The notes under the pieces are model-generated. The model ran no database searches and had not been told where the DNA came from. It was given only the letters and a program-made list of their open reading frames with translations. Positions 40,183 through 50,157 of a stretch of DNA of 64,000 nt are shown piece after piece. A program made the position numbers and the translations under genes. Source of the DNA: Candidatus Shapirobacteria bacterium (lineage in GTDB: Bacteria > Patescibacteriota > Microgenomatia > UBA12405); assembly GCA_016188545.1 (NCBI GenBank), contig JACPHO010000001.1, forward strand, positions 419,324 to 483,323, read 5' to 3'. How positions within the stretch are numbered: position 1 is the stretch's first letter; every line of letters begins with the position of its first letter.

Positions 40183-41775
40183 ATGATCAGGCGATTATTA
40201 ACCATCGTTATTTTTGTCACCCTAGCCGTCTTGGCTGTCTATCCACGGATAAGTAATATTACCTCTCTTCCACCATCACTGTTTTCTGACGAAGTCGACG
40301 CTGGCTACCAGGCCAAAACTTTCAACCAAAACCATACTGACTACTTTGGCAATAAATTTCCGGTTCATTTTCAATCTTTTTCCGACTGGCGGACTTCTCT
40401 ATATATATACTCAGTGGCTGCAGTTCAGAATTTTATCTCTTCCCCAGAGTTAAGCGTCAGGCTTCCTTCAGCTATCTTTGGAATATCATCTATTGCGGTA
40501 TTTTTTCTACTAACTAAGTCCATTCCCGCGGCTTTTCTTTTAGCCATTTCTCCCTGGGCTATTCACTATAGTCGCACCGGATTTGAGGTACCCGGAATGC
40601 TATTGAGTCTCTTAACAGGAATATATTTTTGGGAAAAGCATCATCAGAAGCGCAACACAATCCTACTTATAATTTCTATGATTGCCTTTTCACTTTCGGC
40701 CTACTTTTATAGCACCGCCAAACTTTTTATTATTTTTCTGATACCACTTTGCTATCATATTTGGAAACCAAAAACAAAATCACTGATGATCTCCCTTATG
40801 GTGGTTCTTGTAGCGCTTTCTCCACTGGCTATCGACACTATTAAGGGACGGTCTGGCTATCGCTTTTCTTACATCAGTATCTTTACGCTGCCTCATCGCG
40901 AACAGATAACCAACACTCAAAGATATCAAGACATTCTCCTAGAACATCCCAACGAAGTTGGCGTTCCCACCCCACCCCTGTCTTACATCTTTCACAACAA
41001 ATACCAACTAGTGCTCGAACGATTTATCAAAAATTATCTTATATCTTTCTCTCCCGAATTTTTATTTATAGAAGGGGACAAAAACATCCGCCAAGGCTTT
41101 GGCCAACATGGCATGCTCTACGTACTCGACTTTTTTATAATACTCTATGGTCTTTATCTTCACTTTCATAAACCTACTTCTCTGGGCAAGCTTTTTTTTT
41201 GGATGCTCGTCTTGGGACCAATTCCTTTTGCCTTAACTCGTGATTCACTTGGACCTCACGCCACCCGCCTCATTATTATTCTTCCTTCCCTAGTTTACTT
41301 CTCTTCTCTTACCCTTCACAAAATTCCTCTTATTACCCCCATATATTTATTACTCTTTATAAATTTTTGGCATTACTATCAAAACCATTATCCCCAGCTA
41401 TCCGCTAGAACATGGCATACCAATCTAAAAGAAACTGTTTTAGCTACCAATAATTATCCTAAACACCAAATATATTTCTCTGACACAGCCGAACCATTTA
41501 TGCCTTTTTTCCTATATTACTATCCATATCTCCCCACTGATTCCCTCACTTCTCATCTCACCGAAGTGAAATCACCTTATTTTTCCGGTAAGTGTATCGA
41601 CAGTAAGTATTGTTTTGGGCAGATAGACCCGTCTTTCTTTCCACTAACAGCACCACCCTCTCTACTAGTTGTCCCTCAATCACAACAATTTATTCCACCT
41701 ACTGGGTTTACACTTATTAATACTATTCCAAAAAAGTATCAGGAAAGTGAAATATTCTATATCTACTCAAATTAA
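40183..41775 (+). CDS. GT-C (ArnT/PMT-like) membrane glycosyltransferase
   Basis: FSDEVDAGYQA..DYFG..FP..FQSFSDWR, SPWAIHYSR.GFE. Confidence 0.85.
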   Translation: MIRRLLTIVIFVTLAVLAVYPRISNITSLPPSLFSDEVDAGYQAKTFNQNHTDYFGNKFPVHFQSFSDWRTSLYIYSVAAVQNFISSPELSVRLPSAIFGISSIAVFFLLTKSIPAAFLLAISPWAIHYSRTGFEVPGMLLSLLTGIYFWEKHHQKRNTILLIISMIAFSLSAYFYSTAKLFIIFLIPLCYHIWKPKTKSLMISLMVVLVALSPLAIDTIKGRSGYRFSYISIFTLPHREQITNTQRYQDILLEHPNEVGVPTPPLSYIFHNKYQLVLERFIKNYLISFSPEFLFIEGDKNIRQGFGQHGMLYVLDFFIILYGLYLHFHKPTSLGKLFFWMLVLGPIPFALTRDSLGPHATRLIIILPSLVYFSSLTLHKIPLITPIYLLLFINFWHYYQNHYPQLSARTWHTNLKETVLATNNYPKHQIYFSDTAEPFMPFFLYYYPYLPTDSLTSHLTEVKSPYFSGKCIDSKYCFGQIDPSFFPLTAPPSLLVVPQSQQFIPPTGFTLINTIPKKYQESEIFYIYSN

Positions 41776-41776
41776 A

Positions 41777-43360
41777 ATGTTCAAAAAATTTAATCTTGTA
41801 CTACTAATCCCACTACTTTTCGCACTTCTGGCATCACATCGTTTATGGCGTCCCGGTTATTTTAGTATGCAGGATGATATGCACGTCTTCAGGCTCTCTC
41901 AATTTCACCAATGTCTCCTTGACCGCCAAATACCTTGTCGACTGATTTCCGATGGGGGACTGGGCTACTCTTATCCTCTGTTCAATTTCTATTCTCCACT
42001 ACCTTATGCAGTGGCTGAAAGTTTTCATCTAGTCGGTTTTTCGCTTATCGATAGTCTAAAGATATCTTTTATCATTCCGTTTTTTGTTGGTTCAGTCGGA
42101 ATGTATCTACTCTCTTTTACATTTTTTGGTCCAGTCGGTGGGCTTATTAGTAGTGTCCTTTATACCTTCGCTCCCTACCATGCTCTCGACAGTTTTGTCC
42201 GAGGTGCTCTAGCAGAACACTGGGCTATAAACCTCCTCCCGCTAATTCTCTATTCACTTTATCGCAAAAAATCAAATCTTTTTATATTGTCACTCACAGC
42301 CCTTCTACTAAGTCACAACCTAACCCTGGTCTATTTCCTTCCGGTATTGTTTGTCTTTTCCTTAATCCACAAAAACATTTTATATCTCATCAAAAATTCG
42401 TTGTACTCATTTTTAATGGCATCCTTTTTTATTCTTCCCGCTTTTCTTGAGAAAAACTTAACTACCGTGAGCACTATGACTCAAGGCTATTTTAATTACA
42501 TCATTCACTTTGCCACTCTTTACCAACTGTTTGTTTCCCGGTTCTGGGGTTATGGCGCTTCGCTTTGGGGTCCGATTGATGATCTCTCGCTTCAGGTAGG
42601 ATATCTTCATTGGATACTCCCACTCATTGCTCTAATTTTTGCTATACGTTCTCCTAGCAAAAAAACTATCTTTACTTTTTTTAGTATCGGACTATTCTCA
42701 CTTTTTCTGACACACAACCGTTCCACTTTCATCTGGCAAATGTTTTATTTTATGCCTTATTACCAGTTTCCTTGGCGTTTCTTGGGCTTAGCCATATTCT
42801 GTTTCTCGTTCATTTCTGGGATAGTTACCAAAAGCAAATTTCTTCTCGTCATAATTATTGCCCTAACCGTAGGACTAAATATCAATTACTTCAAAGAAGA
42901 TATTTGGTATCCCAACCTGACGGATAGTCAAAAACTTACCACTGAGGAAGTTTATCGTCAAAGTGGCGCAGGTTTAAAAGACTACTGGCCCAAATATTCC
43001 ACAGAGTTTCCCACTACCATGGCACCTTCACAGCCACAAGTTCTCAACGGTGAAATTTATGCCAGTGACTTCTTCAAGAATTCAAATATTGCCAGCGGTT
43101 CTATTAATATCACTTCCGAAAAAGCCACCATCAATCTCCCTATCGTTTATTTTCCAACCTGGCAGCTAACTGTTAACGGCTATCCATCAGAATACCAAGT
43201 CAACCCATCCACTGGCCAAATGCAACTAACTCTGCCTCAAGGCAGTCACCAGTATAAACTCGAATTCTTAAATACCCCCATCCGCACTTTTGCCAACGTC
43301 CTTAGCCTTATTGGTCTGCTCTTGTTTATAATCAAACTATATCGTGAAGCCAAATCATAA
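41777..43360 (+). CDS. PTPS-related/YfhO-like GT-C membrane protein (paralog of 19968)
   Basis: ATG 41777; QDDMH, QIPCR..DGGLGYSYPLFNFYSPL, RGALAE, QFPWRFL. Confidence 0.82.
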   Translation: MFKKFNLVLLIPLLFALLASHRLWRPGYFSMQDDMHVFRLSQFHQCLLDRQIPCRLISDGGLGYSYPLFNFYSPLPYAVAESFHLVGFSLIDSLKISFIIPFFVGSVGMYLLSFTFFGPVGGLISSVLYTFAPYHALDSFVRGALAEHWAINLLPLILYSLYRKKSNLFILSLTALLLSHNLTLVYFLPVLFVFSLIHKNILYLIKNSLYSFLMASFFILPAFLEKNLTTVSTMTQGYFNYIIHFATLYQLFVSRFWGYGASLWGPIDDLSLQVGYLHWILPLIALIFAIRSPSKKTIFTFFSIGLFSLFLTHNRSTFIWQMFYFMPYYQFPWRFLGLAIFCFSFISGIVTKSKFLLVIIIALTVGLNINYFKEDIWYPNLTDSQKLTTEEVYRQSGAGLKDYWPKYSTEFPTTMAPSQPQVLNGEIYASDFFKNSNIASGSINITSEKATINLPIVYFPTWQLTVNGYPSEYQVNPSTGQMQLTLPQGSHQYKLEFLNTPIRTFANVLSLIGLLLFIIKLYREAKS

Positions 43361-44921
43361 ACTGCTCTTCTGGACAATTCTATTACTGGCCGCTTTTTTC
43401 CGCTTATGGAAATTAGATACCATGCCATCAGGATTAAATTGGGATGAAATTTCTCATGGATACAACGCTTATTCAGTCCTAGAGACAGGACGTGATCAGT
43501 GGGGGACTTCGCTTCCTATTTTTAACTTTAGAGCCTATGGCGATTATCCCACCACCCTAAATCTATACCTCACCATTCCTTTCATTAAGTTACTCGGCCT
43601 AAACGCACTTTCGATCCGTATACCGACTGTTATTTTCTCGTTGTTATTCGTAATCTATACCTATCGCTTTGCACAGTTATTATTCAAAAAGATCCCACCC
43701 TCACTCATCGCCATGTCTTTAGCCGCTTTCCTACCTTGGGCATTTTTCCCTTCTCGTGGTGTTTTTCAGTCCACTTTTTCCCAAACGCTACTTCTGATGG
43801 GTATTTATCACTTTCTAATCGATAAAAACCGGTCCAAGCATTTACTCCTCTCAAGTATTTTTTTTGGACTTTCGATGTATGCCTATCATAACGCCAGGAT
43901 AATTGTTCCTTTACTACTTCCAACTCTATATTTTTTTCACCCAATTAAATTATCTAAAAAAATATTACCCGCAATTATTGTTCTGTTAATACTAGTCATT
44001 CCCAACGTTATTAATCTAATTTCACCTTCCTCCTTTGCTCGCAATCGCTGGGTCGGTATTATCAATCCCAACGCAGTTAATCTAATCAATCTTAAGCGAA
44101 ACTCATTTACCGGCCCGCAAATTATAAATCGACTAATCAACAACCGACCGGTTTATTTTGTTCAAACTCTGTCACTAAACTATCTCAATCAACTTAATCC
44201 TTTTCCTTTATTTTTAAATGGCACCGAAAACCAACAACTATCCGTGCCTCAGACTGGTATTTTATTTCTAATTCTTATGCCATTTTTATATGCCGGACTT
44301 ATTTTCTCACTAAACGACGGACGCTATTTCTATCTACTCCCACTATTATTTATAACCCTACTTCCTGCGGCACTCACCGTCGGTGACTTTCCAGTCCTCA
44401 GATCTAGCACAGCCCTAATTTTTTATATTCTATTCATAACCATAGGGATATCCCTTCTTAAAATTGATTATCGGATAACCATACTAACTATTTTCGTATT
44501 TTTCATATTTTATTGGACAAAATACACAAATTACAGTCAAAAATATTCTTACGCCTGGCAATACGGCTATAGTCAAGCTGTTGAAATTGCCAAAGAAAAT
44601 TATTCGAAATACGACCATATTGTTATAACTAAAAAGTATGGTGAACCGCACGAGTTTTTCCTGTTTTACTGGCCATGGCCTCCGCAGAAGTATCAAAAAG
44701 ACCCCTTACTCTCAACTAATTTTCATTCAGATTGGTACTGGGTAGATGCCTATGATAAGTTTGAATTCAAAAATGACTGGGAAATTAAAGAACTAAATTT
44801 TTCTCCCAAAACTCTACTAATCACCAGCCCAAAAAACTATCCCTCTAATGGAGCCAAACAGTTAAAAACCATTGACTTCCTCGATAGTTCGCCAGCGTTT
44901 GATATCATCAGCTATGACTAG
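43344..44921 (+). CDS. GT-C (ArnT/PMT-like) membrane glycosyltransferase
   Basis: WDEISHGYNAYSVLETGRDQWG..LP..FRAYGDYP, YAYHNAR. Confidence 0.86.
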   Translation: MKPNHKLLFWTILLLAAFFRLWKLDTMPSGLNWDEISHGYNAYSVLETGRDQWGTSLPIFNFRAYGDYPTTLNLYLTIPFIKLLGLNALSIRIPTVIFSLLFVIYTYRFAQLLFKKIPPSLIAMSLAAFLPWAFFPSRGVFQSTFSQTLLLMGIYHFLIDKNRSKHLLLSSIFFGLSMYAYHNARIIVPLLLPTLYFFHPIKLSKKILPAIIVLLILVIPNVINLISPSSFARNRWVGIINPNAVNLINLKRNSFTGPQIINRLINNRPVYFVQTLSLNYLNQLNPFPLFLNGTENQQLSVPQTGILFLILMPFLYAGLIFSLNDGRYFYLLPLLFITLLPAALTVGDFPVLRSSTALIFYILFITIGISLLKIDYRITILTIFVFFIFYWTKYTNYSQKYSYAWQYGYSQAVEIAKENYSKYDHIVITKKYGEPHEFFLFYWPWPPQKYQKDPLLSTNFHSDWYWVDAYDKFEFKNDWEIKELNFSPKTLLITSPKNYPSNGAKQLKTIDFLDSSPAFDIISYD

Positions 44922-46503
44922 GTTTGCAATTATTATCATTACAGTTCTAGCCCTAGCAGTTCGACTCTATAGCTCAAACTACCCCCCATTACTTTGGGAC
45001 GAAGCTTCTATCGGCTACAATGCTTACTCCATCCTTAAAACAGGCAAAGACGAATACGGCACTACTCTACCTCTAGTTTTCAAATCATTTGGTGATTACA
45101 AACCAGGATTATATGTCTATCTCACTGTTCCTTTTGTCGCCTTATTTGGTCTAAACTCCTTGTCGGTTAGACTACCATCGATCATCCTCGGATCACTACT
45201 TCCCCTAATTGCCTACCTACTTGTTCTAAAACTTAGTCCAAAATCAAAAACTATCGCACTACTAACCGCCATTCTTTTAGCCTTCAACCCTTGGAATATT
45301 CACTTTAGTCGGGGAGCGTGGGAGACCAATATCCTTTTATTTGAACTGACCCTAGCTTCACTACTATTTATCAATCAAAAAATAGTCTGGTCCTCCATTA
45401 TGTTTGGTCTTACTTTTTACACCTACCAAGGAGGGAAGATCATGACCCCTCTTTTATTGTCAATTCTTTTCTTTACCCATCTATCTCTTTTCAAATCTTT
45501 CAAAAACATCTTTAAACTCGCCCTTCCTCTGATATTACTAGCTGTTCCCATCCTCTACGGACTTGTAACTCAAAACGATTCCAATCGTCTTAGCGTGTTT
45601 GCACTCTGGAACTACCACCGTCCCGCAAATGACATTAGTCAGATCGTCGGTGAAGGCAATGATCTTAACTTCTCGTTATTTCACAACGAAGCTATCTTTT
45701 TTACTCAAAATTTTTTAACTCGTTACTTCAACCATTTCTCACCAAAGTTTTTATTGTTTGAGGGCGACTGGCAAATCCAACGCCACTCTGCCCCGTATAT
45801 CGGAGTAATTCTCTATCCATCAATTATCTTTATTCTTCTAGGGATATTCTCTACTCTGTCTACATCGCTCAAAAAACCTGGCTTAATATTCTTTCTTTGG
45901 CTTCTCATTAGCCCACTTCCCGGAGCCTTAACGCGGGACATTATTCAACCCGTCAGAACTCTTTCCTTATCTATTCCCCTAATGTATTTTGCCGCCAAAG
46001 GCATTGTCTTTACCCTTAGTAAAATTCCTCAAAAACTATATCATTTTTTTTACTTTTTACTTTTTACTTTTTACTTTTTTTCTTTTGTCTATTACTCCGA
46101 CCTATATTACAATCACCTGACCAAAATCACCCCCTCACATTTACTTTACGGTTATAGCCAAGCAGCCCAGTATGTGATTGATCGTGGTAAAGACAAGCAA
46201 GTCACCTTTACAGATTTTTATGGTCAGCCATATATCTATTATCTTTTTTACTCCAAGTATCCACCTAAAAACTATCAGTCTCAGGCCAATCTTTCAGTCT
46301 CAGGCCAAGATACTGGAAAAATATTAAAGATAGACAATATTAAGTTTGAAGTCCCCAGTTTCAGCTACCAAAAAACACTACCAGGCCAAGTATTAATCCT
46401 TTCCTATGATGACGCCATTAGGCAGGGGATTGATCTAAAAACCCTTACTCCACTAAGTCCCATCAACAATACCTCAACATTTTACGCATATGAAACAAAC
46501 TAA
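44914..46503 (+). CDS. GT-C (ArnT/PMT-like) membrane glycosyltransferase
   Basis: ATG 44914; WDEASIGYNAYSILKTGKDEYG..LP..FKSFGDYKP, HFSRGAWE. Confidence 0.87.
   Translation: MTRFAIIIITVLALAVRLYSSNYPPLLWDEASIGYNAYSILKTGKDEYGTTLPLVFKSFGDYKPGLYVYLTVPFVALFGLNSLSVRLPSIILGSLLPLIAYLLVLKLSPKSKTIALLTAILLAFNPWNIHFSRGAWETNILLFELTLASLLFINQKIVWSSIMFGLTFYTYQGGKIMTPLLLSILFFTHLSLFKSFKNIFKLALPLILLAVPILYGLVTQNDSNRLSVFALWNYHRPANDISQIVGEGNDLNFSLFHNEAIFFTQNFLTRYFNHFSPKFLLFEGDWQIQRHSAPYIGVILYPSIIFILLGIFSTLSTSLKKPGLIFFLWLLISPLPGALTRDIIQPVRTLSLSIPLMYFAAKGIVFTLSKIPQKLYHFFYFLLFTFYFFSFVYYSDLYYNHLTKITPSHLLYGYSQAAQYVIDRGKDKQVTFTDFYGQPYIYYLFYSKYPPKNYQSQANLSVSGQDTGKILKIDNIKFEVPSFSYQKTLPGQVLILSYDDAIRQGIDLKTLTPLSPINNTSTFYAYETN
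46047..46074 (+). repeat. (TTTTTAC)x4 heptamer tandem repeat inside a CDS
   Basis: Four exact units, encoding FYFLLFTFY. Confidence 0.85.
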
Positions 46504-48094
46504 AATATTTTTACTACTAATACTACTTTTAGCTGCTGTCCTTCGCATATATCGTATCGACACCCTACCTCAACTAAATCCTGATGAAGCAGCGCTTGGT
46601 TACAACGCCTATTCTTTGCTGAAGACCGGTAAAGACGAGCATGGTATCAGCTACCCTCTCCATTTCCGCTCTTTTGGTGACTACAAACCGGGAGGCTACG
46701 TATATCTAGCCATGCCTTTTATAAAGATTTTAGGGCTTACTCCACTGGCCGTCCGTCTACCCAATTTAATTTTCTCTGTTTTAACTATATTTGTTATTTA
46801 TAAACTTGTTTTTCTTTTAACTTTTAACTTTCAACTTTCAACTTTGACCGCCTTTATTTTAGCGGTCAGCCCTTGGCACATCCACTTTAGTCGTGGCGCC
46901 TGGGAGTCTTCAACTGCCCTGTTTTTTGTAATCCTTGGTATCTATTTGTTCTATTCATACATCATAAATCATAAGTCAAGATTCTTTTTCTTCTCATGCC
47001 TCTCTTTTGTCGCCTCACTCTACGTCTATCACTCGGCTCGTATCGTCGCTCCGTTTATTTGTCTTTTTCTACTGGTCACTAATTTTCAATTTTTACTAAG
47101 TCATTTCAAAAAGATTATTCTCCCCACACTTTTTGCTGCAGCAGTCGCTGTTCCAGTACTTGTCTCATTTCTGAACAGTGGTGGCGCTGCCAGATTTGGT
47201 GGGGTAGGATTAACCGCTGACTATGGACCAGTCGCACGCTCAGAAGAATTACTAAATCACCACGGCAACACACTTTTATCCAACCGGATAACTCACAATC
47301 GACGGGTTTTATATCTAATGTCTTGGGCTCAAAAATATGTTTCTCATTTTGATCTTAATTTTCTTTTTCTCAAAGGTGATGAAGTCCCTAGGTCAAAGTC
47401 GCCCGACATTGGCCAGCTCCACTTAATTGAGCTACCTTTATTAATTATCGGTATTGTTTTTCTCCTCAAAGACAAAAATACCAAACGACTTTCCCATCTT
47501 TCGCTGGCACTACTCTTTATATCTCCGCTGGCATCGTCGCTCACTTTTCAAGCCCCATCAGCTCTTCGAGCCTTACCCATGGTCTTACCATTAGCAATTT
47601 TTACAGGTGCCGGTCTTTATAGTCTTATTGAAACCACAAAATCATTTAAGCCACACAACTTATTCGTCATCACCGTTCTCTACATTTATTCCATTTTCTA
47701 CTTTGCCGACGCTTACTTTGTTCATGCTCCCCAACGCTATCCATATGCCTGGAACACTGGCTTCTCTAGCCTGATGCCTTTTATTGATAGTCAAAAGACA
47801 AAATATGACAATATCTACTTCACCTCCACATATGATCAACCTTATATTTTGTATTTATTTTTTACCCGCTATCCGCCTCAAAAAATACAATCTCAAATCC
47901 AGCTAACCCCACCCGATAAATACGGTTTTTCAACAGTAACCATGATAGATAATCTCCATTTTGGTAAAATCAACTGGGATTCCATTCCTCCCAAGAGTTT
48001 AGTAATCGCCGGCGATGAAGAAATAAAAGCTGTACCAATGGCATCTTTAGTTCTTCCCGGAGGAACTATCGGATTCAGAGTTTATGAAAAATAA
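46490..48094 (+). CDS. GT-C (ArnT/PMT-like) membrane glycosyltransferase
   Basis: PDEAALGYNAYSLLKTGKDEHG..YP..FRSFGDYKP, HFSRGAWE, YVYHSAR. Confidence 0.87.
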   Translation: MKQTKIFLLLILLLAAVLRIYRIDTLPQLNPDEAALGYNAYSLLKTGKDEHGISYPLHFRSFGDYKPGGYVYLAMPFIKILGLTPLAVRLPNLIFSVLTIFVIYKLVFLLTFNFQLSTLTAFILAVSPWHIHFSRGAWESSTALFFVILGIYLFYSYIINHKSRFFFFSCLSFVASLYVYHSARIVAPFICLFLLVTNFQFLLSHFKKIILPTLFAAAVAVPVLVSFLNSGGAARFGGVGLTADYGPVARSEELLNHHGNTLLSNRITHNRRVLYLMSWAQKYVSHFDLNFLFLKGDEVPRSKSPDIGQLHLIELPLLIIGIVFLLKDKNTKRLSHLSLALLFISPLASSLTFQAPSALRALPMVLPLAIFTGAGLYSLIETTKSFKPHNLFVITVLYIYSIFYFADAYFVHAPQRYPYAWNTGFSSLMPFIDSQKTKYDNIYFTSTYDQPYILYLFFTRYPPQKIQSQIQLTPPDKYGFSTVTMIDNLHFGKINWDSIPPKSLVIAGDEEIKAVPMASLVLPGGTIGFRVYEK

Positions 48095-49001
48095 CACCCC
48101 ACTTTCCATTGCCATTGCCACATATAATGAATCAGCCAATATCGGTCGTTGTCTAAAAAGCATCGAGGGGCTGGCAAGTGAAATCATAATTGTTGATGGA
48201 CAATCTACCGACGACACTGTGGCTATTGCCAAAAAATACCCGTCTATTAAGGTCATATCGACGACCAACAAACCAAACTTTCACATCAATAAACAGATGG
48301 CCATTGATGAGTGTAAAAACGATTGGGTACTTCTACTCGACGCTGACGAAGCAGTCTCAAAAGAACTTTTTGCAGAAATAAAAAAACTTCTAACCCTCAG
48401 TACCGAAAAAATTGTAGAAGAGTCTAATGCTGTTTTACAATCCCATCCTTTATTTTTACGACATCAACAAATACTTCAGGACAGAGACGGTGAATATGGC
48501 TCTAAGTCAAACGAATACACGGCATTTTTTGTTCCTCGACTAAACTATTTTCTAGGAAGGTTTATCCGCTACGGAGGTGTCTATCCCGATGGCCAAATCC
48601 GACTTTTTAGAAAAAGTGTTAGTCATCAACCAGCTAAGGACGTCCATGAACAAATTCATACTGACGGTCGTGTCGGTTGGTTAAGTTCTGACCTACTCCA
48701 TTTTGCCGACCCCACCTTTTCTAGGTATCTTTTAAGAAATAGTCGCTATACCTCAAATATAGCCACTGAGTTACAAGAAAAGAAACTCCCCATCTCTTTT
48801 ATTTCGTTTTTAAATTATTTTATGGTTAAACCAATTTGGTGGTTTGTACTTACCTACTTTCGACACAAAGGGATCCTTGATGGTTTTTCCGGTTTTGTCT
48901 TCTCCTGGTATTCATCACTCCGTTTCCCGATTGCCTATATAAAATATTTTGAACTCACATCCACCAACCAAAAAATAACTGTTGGCAAGGACTGGGATTA
49001 A
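48084..49001 (+). CDS. GT2 glycosyltransferase (WaaE/KdtX-like)
   Basis: TYNE, VDGQSTD, LDADE, PRLNYF, YPD..IRLF, VHEQ. Confidence 0.88.
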   Translation: MKNNTPLSIAIATYNESANIGRCLKSIEGLASEIIIVDGQSTDDTVAIAKKYPSIKVISTTNKPNFHINKQMAIDECKNDWVLLLDADEAVSKELFAEIKKLLTLSTEKIVEESNAVLQSHPLFLRHQQILQDRDGEYGSKSNEYTAFFVPRLNYFLGRFIRYGGVYPDGQIRLFRKSVSHQPAKDVHEQIHTDGRVGWLSSDLLHFADPTFSRYLLRNSRYTSNIATELQEKKLPISFISFLNYFMVKPIWWFVLTYFRHKGILDGFSGFVFSWYSSLRFPIAYIKYFELTSTNQKITVGKDWD

Positions 49002-49002
49002 C

Positions 49003-50157
49003 ATGAGTAAAATTTTTAGGATCGCTATCGATGTTTCACCTTTAAATGACGGCAACTCCAAAAGGGGGGTGGGTTTTTATACTCGCAACCTGGTTAGCTC
49101 TCTCAAAGAAGAAATTAAATTAAACCCCTTATATAAAAACTTCGAAATTGTTCTAATTGAAAATTGTAAATTCCTGCCTGCCGGCAGGCAGGGTAAAATT
49201 AAAAATTATGACCTGGTTCATTATCCCTATTTTGATCCGTTCTATCTCACTCTCCCCACCAAAAAAGATATCCCTCAAATAATCACCATTCATGACCTAA
49301 TACCCATCCAATTCAAGCAACATTTTCCCTCCGGCATAAGAGGGTTCCTTAAGTGGCAAATTCAAAAACATAAAGCTAAGCAGTCAGATTACATCATTAC
49401 AGTTTCAAATTATTCCAAATATGTCATCGCTGAAAGTCTAGGATTTGCTGCAGATAAAATATACGTGACTTACGAGGGAGCCACCCCTGATTTTAAGAAG
49501 ATCATAGATCACAAAAAGTTATCTCAAATCAAAAAAAAATATAAATTACCTGAAGAGTTTGTTTTTTACACTGGCGATATAAATTGGAATAAAAACATTC
49601 CCTCATTAGTTAAAGCATGCATCGACCTAAACTACCCATTGGTTATCGCCGGTAAACAGGCAATCGATATCGACAATCTCAAACTTGAAAAACCAAGTAT
49701 AGCTAGACCCATGGACTTATTTAGACACTTGTTAGATATTCCCAGTCCTCAGTTAAAACATTTAACAACCCTAAAAAAAATATTTCATAGTCCGCTGGTT
49801 TATAGATTAGGGTTTGTTGATAGTGAAGATTTACCTTTTCTATATAACTTAGCTACAATTTACTGCCAACCTTCATATGCAGAAGGCTTTGGACTTTGCC
49901 CACTGGAAGCTATGCAGTCCGGCACTCCAGTTGTTTACAGTTCTGATACCAGTCTCCCTGAGATCATGGGTGAAGCTGGTATATCATTTAATCCGTATAG
50001 TACTGATGGTCTGATCAGTTCACTCAAAAAACTCTGGATTGACAAAACCTTACAAGACCAACAAATTAAAATGGGTATTAATCGCTCCAAGTTTTTCTCC
50101 TGGAAACAAACAGCCAAGCAAACCTTAGCAGTTTATGACTTAGCTCTCAGTCGATGA
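49003..50157 (+). CDS. GT4 glycosyltransferase (mannosyltransferase-like)
   Basis: RGVGFY, TIHDLIP, TVSNYS, KNI, EGFGLCPLE. Confidence 0.9.
   Translation: MSKIFRIAIDVSPLNDGNSKRGVGFYTRNLVSSLKEEIKLNPLYKNFEIVLIENCKFLPAGRQGKIKNYDLVHYPYFDPFYLTLPTKKDIPQIITIHDLIPIQFKQHFPSGIRGFLKWQIQKHKAKQSDYIITVSNYSKYVIAESLGFAADKIYVTYEGATPDFKKIIDHKKLSQIKKKYKLPEEFVFYTGDINWNKNIPSLVKACIDLNYPLVIAGKQAIDIDNLKLEKPSIARPMDLFRHLLDIPSPQLKHLTTLKKIFHSPLVYRLGFVDSEDLPFLYNLATIYCQPSYAEGFGLCPLEAMQSGTPVVYSSDTSLPEIMGEAGISFNPYSTDGLISSLKKLWIDKTLQDQQIKMGINRSKFFSWKQTAKQTLAVYDLALSR
49173..49192. repeat. Perfect 20-bp palindrome CCTGCCTGCCGGCAGGCAGG in frame in the GT4 gene
   Basis: Self-complementary and GC-rich, inside an AAATT heptamer tract; encodes LPAGRQG. 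Confidence 0.88.
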
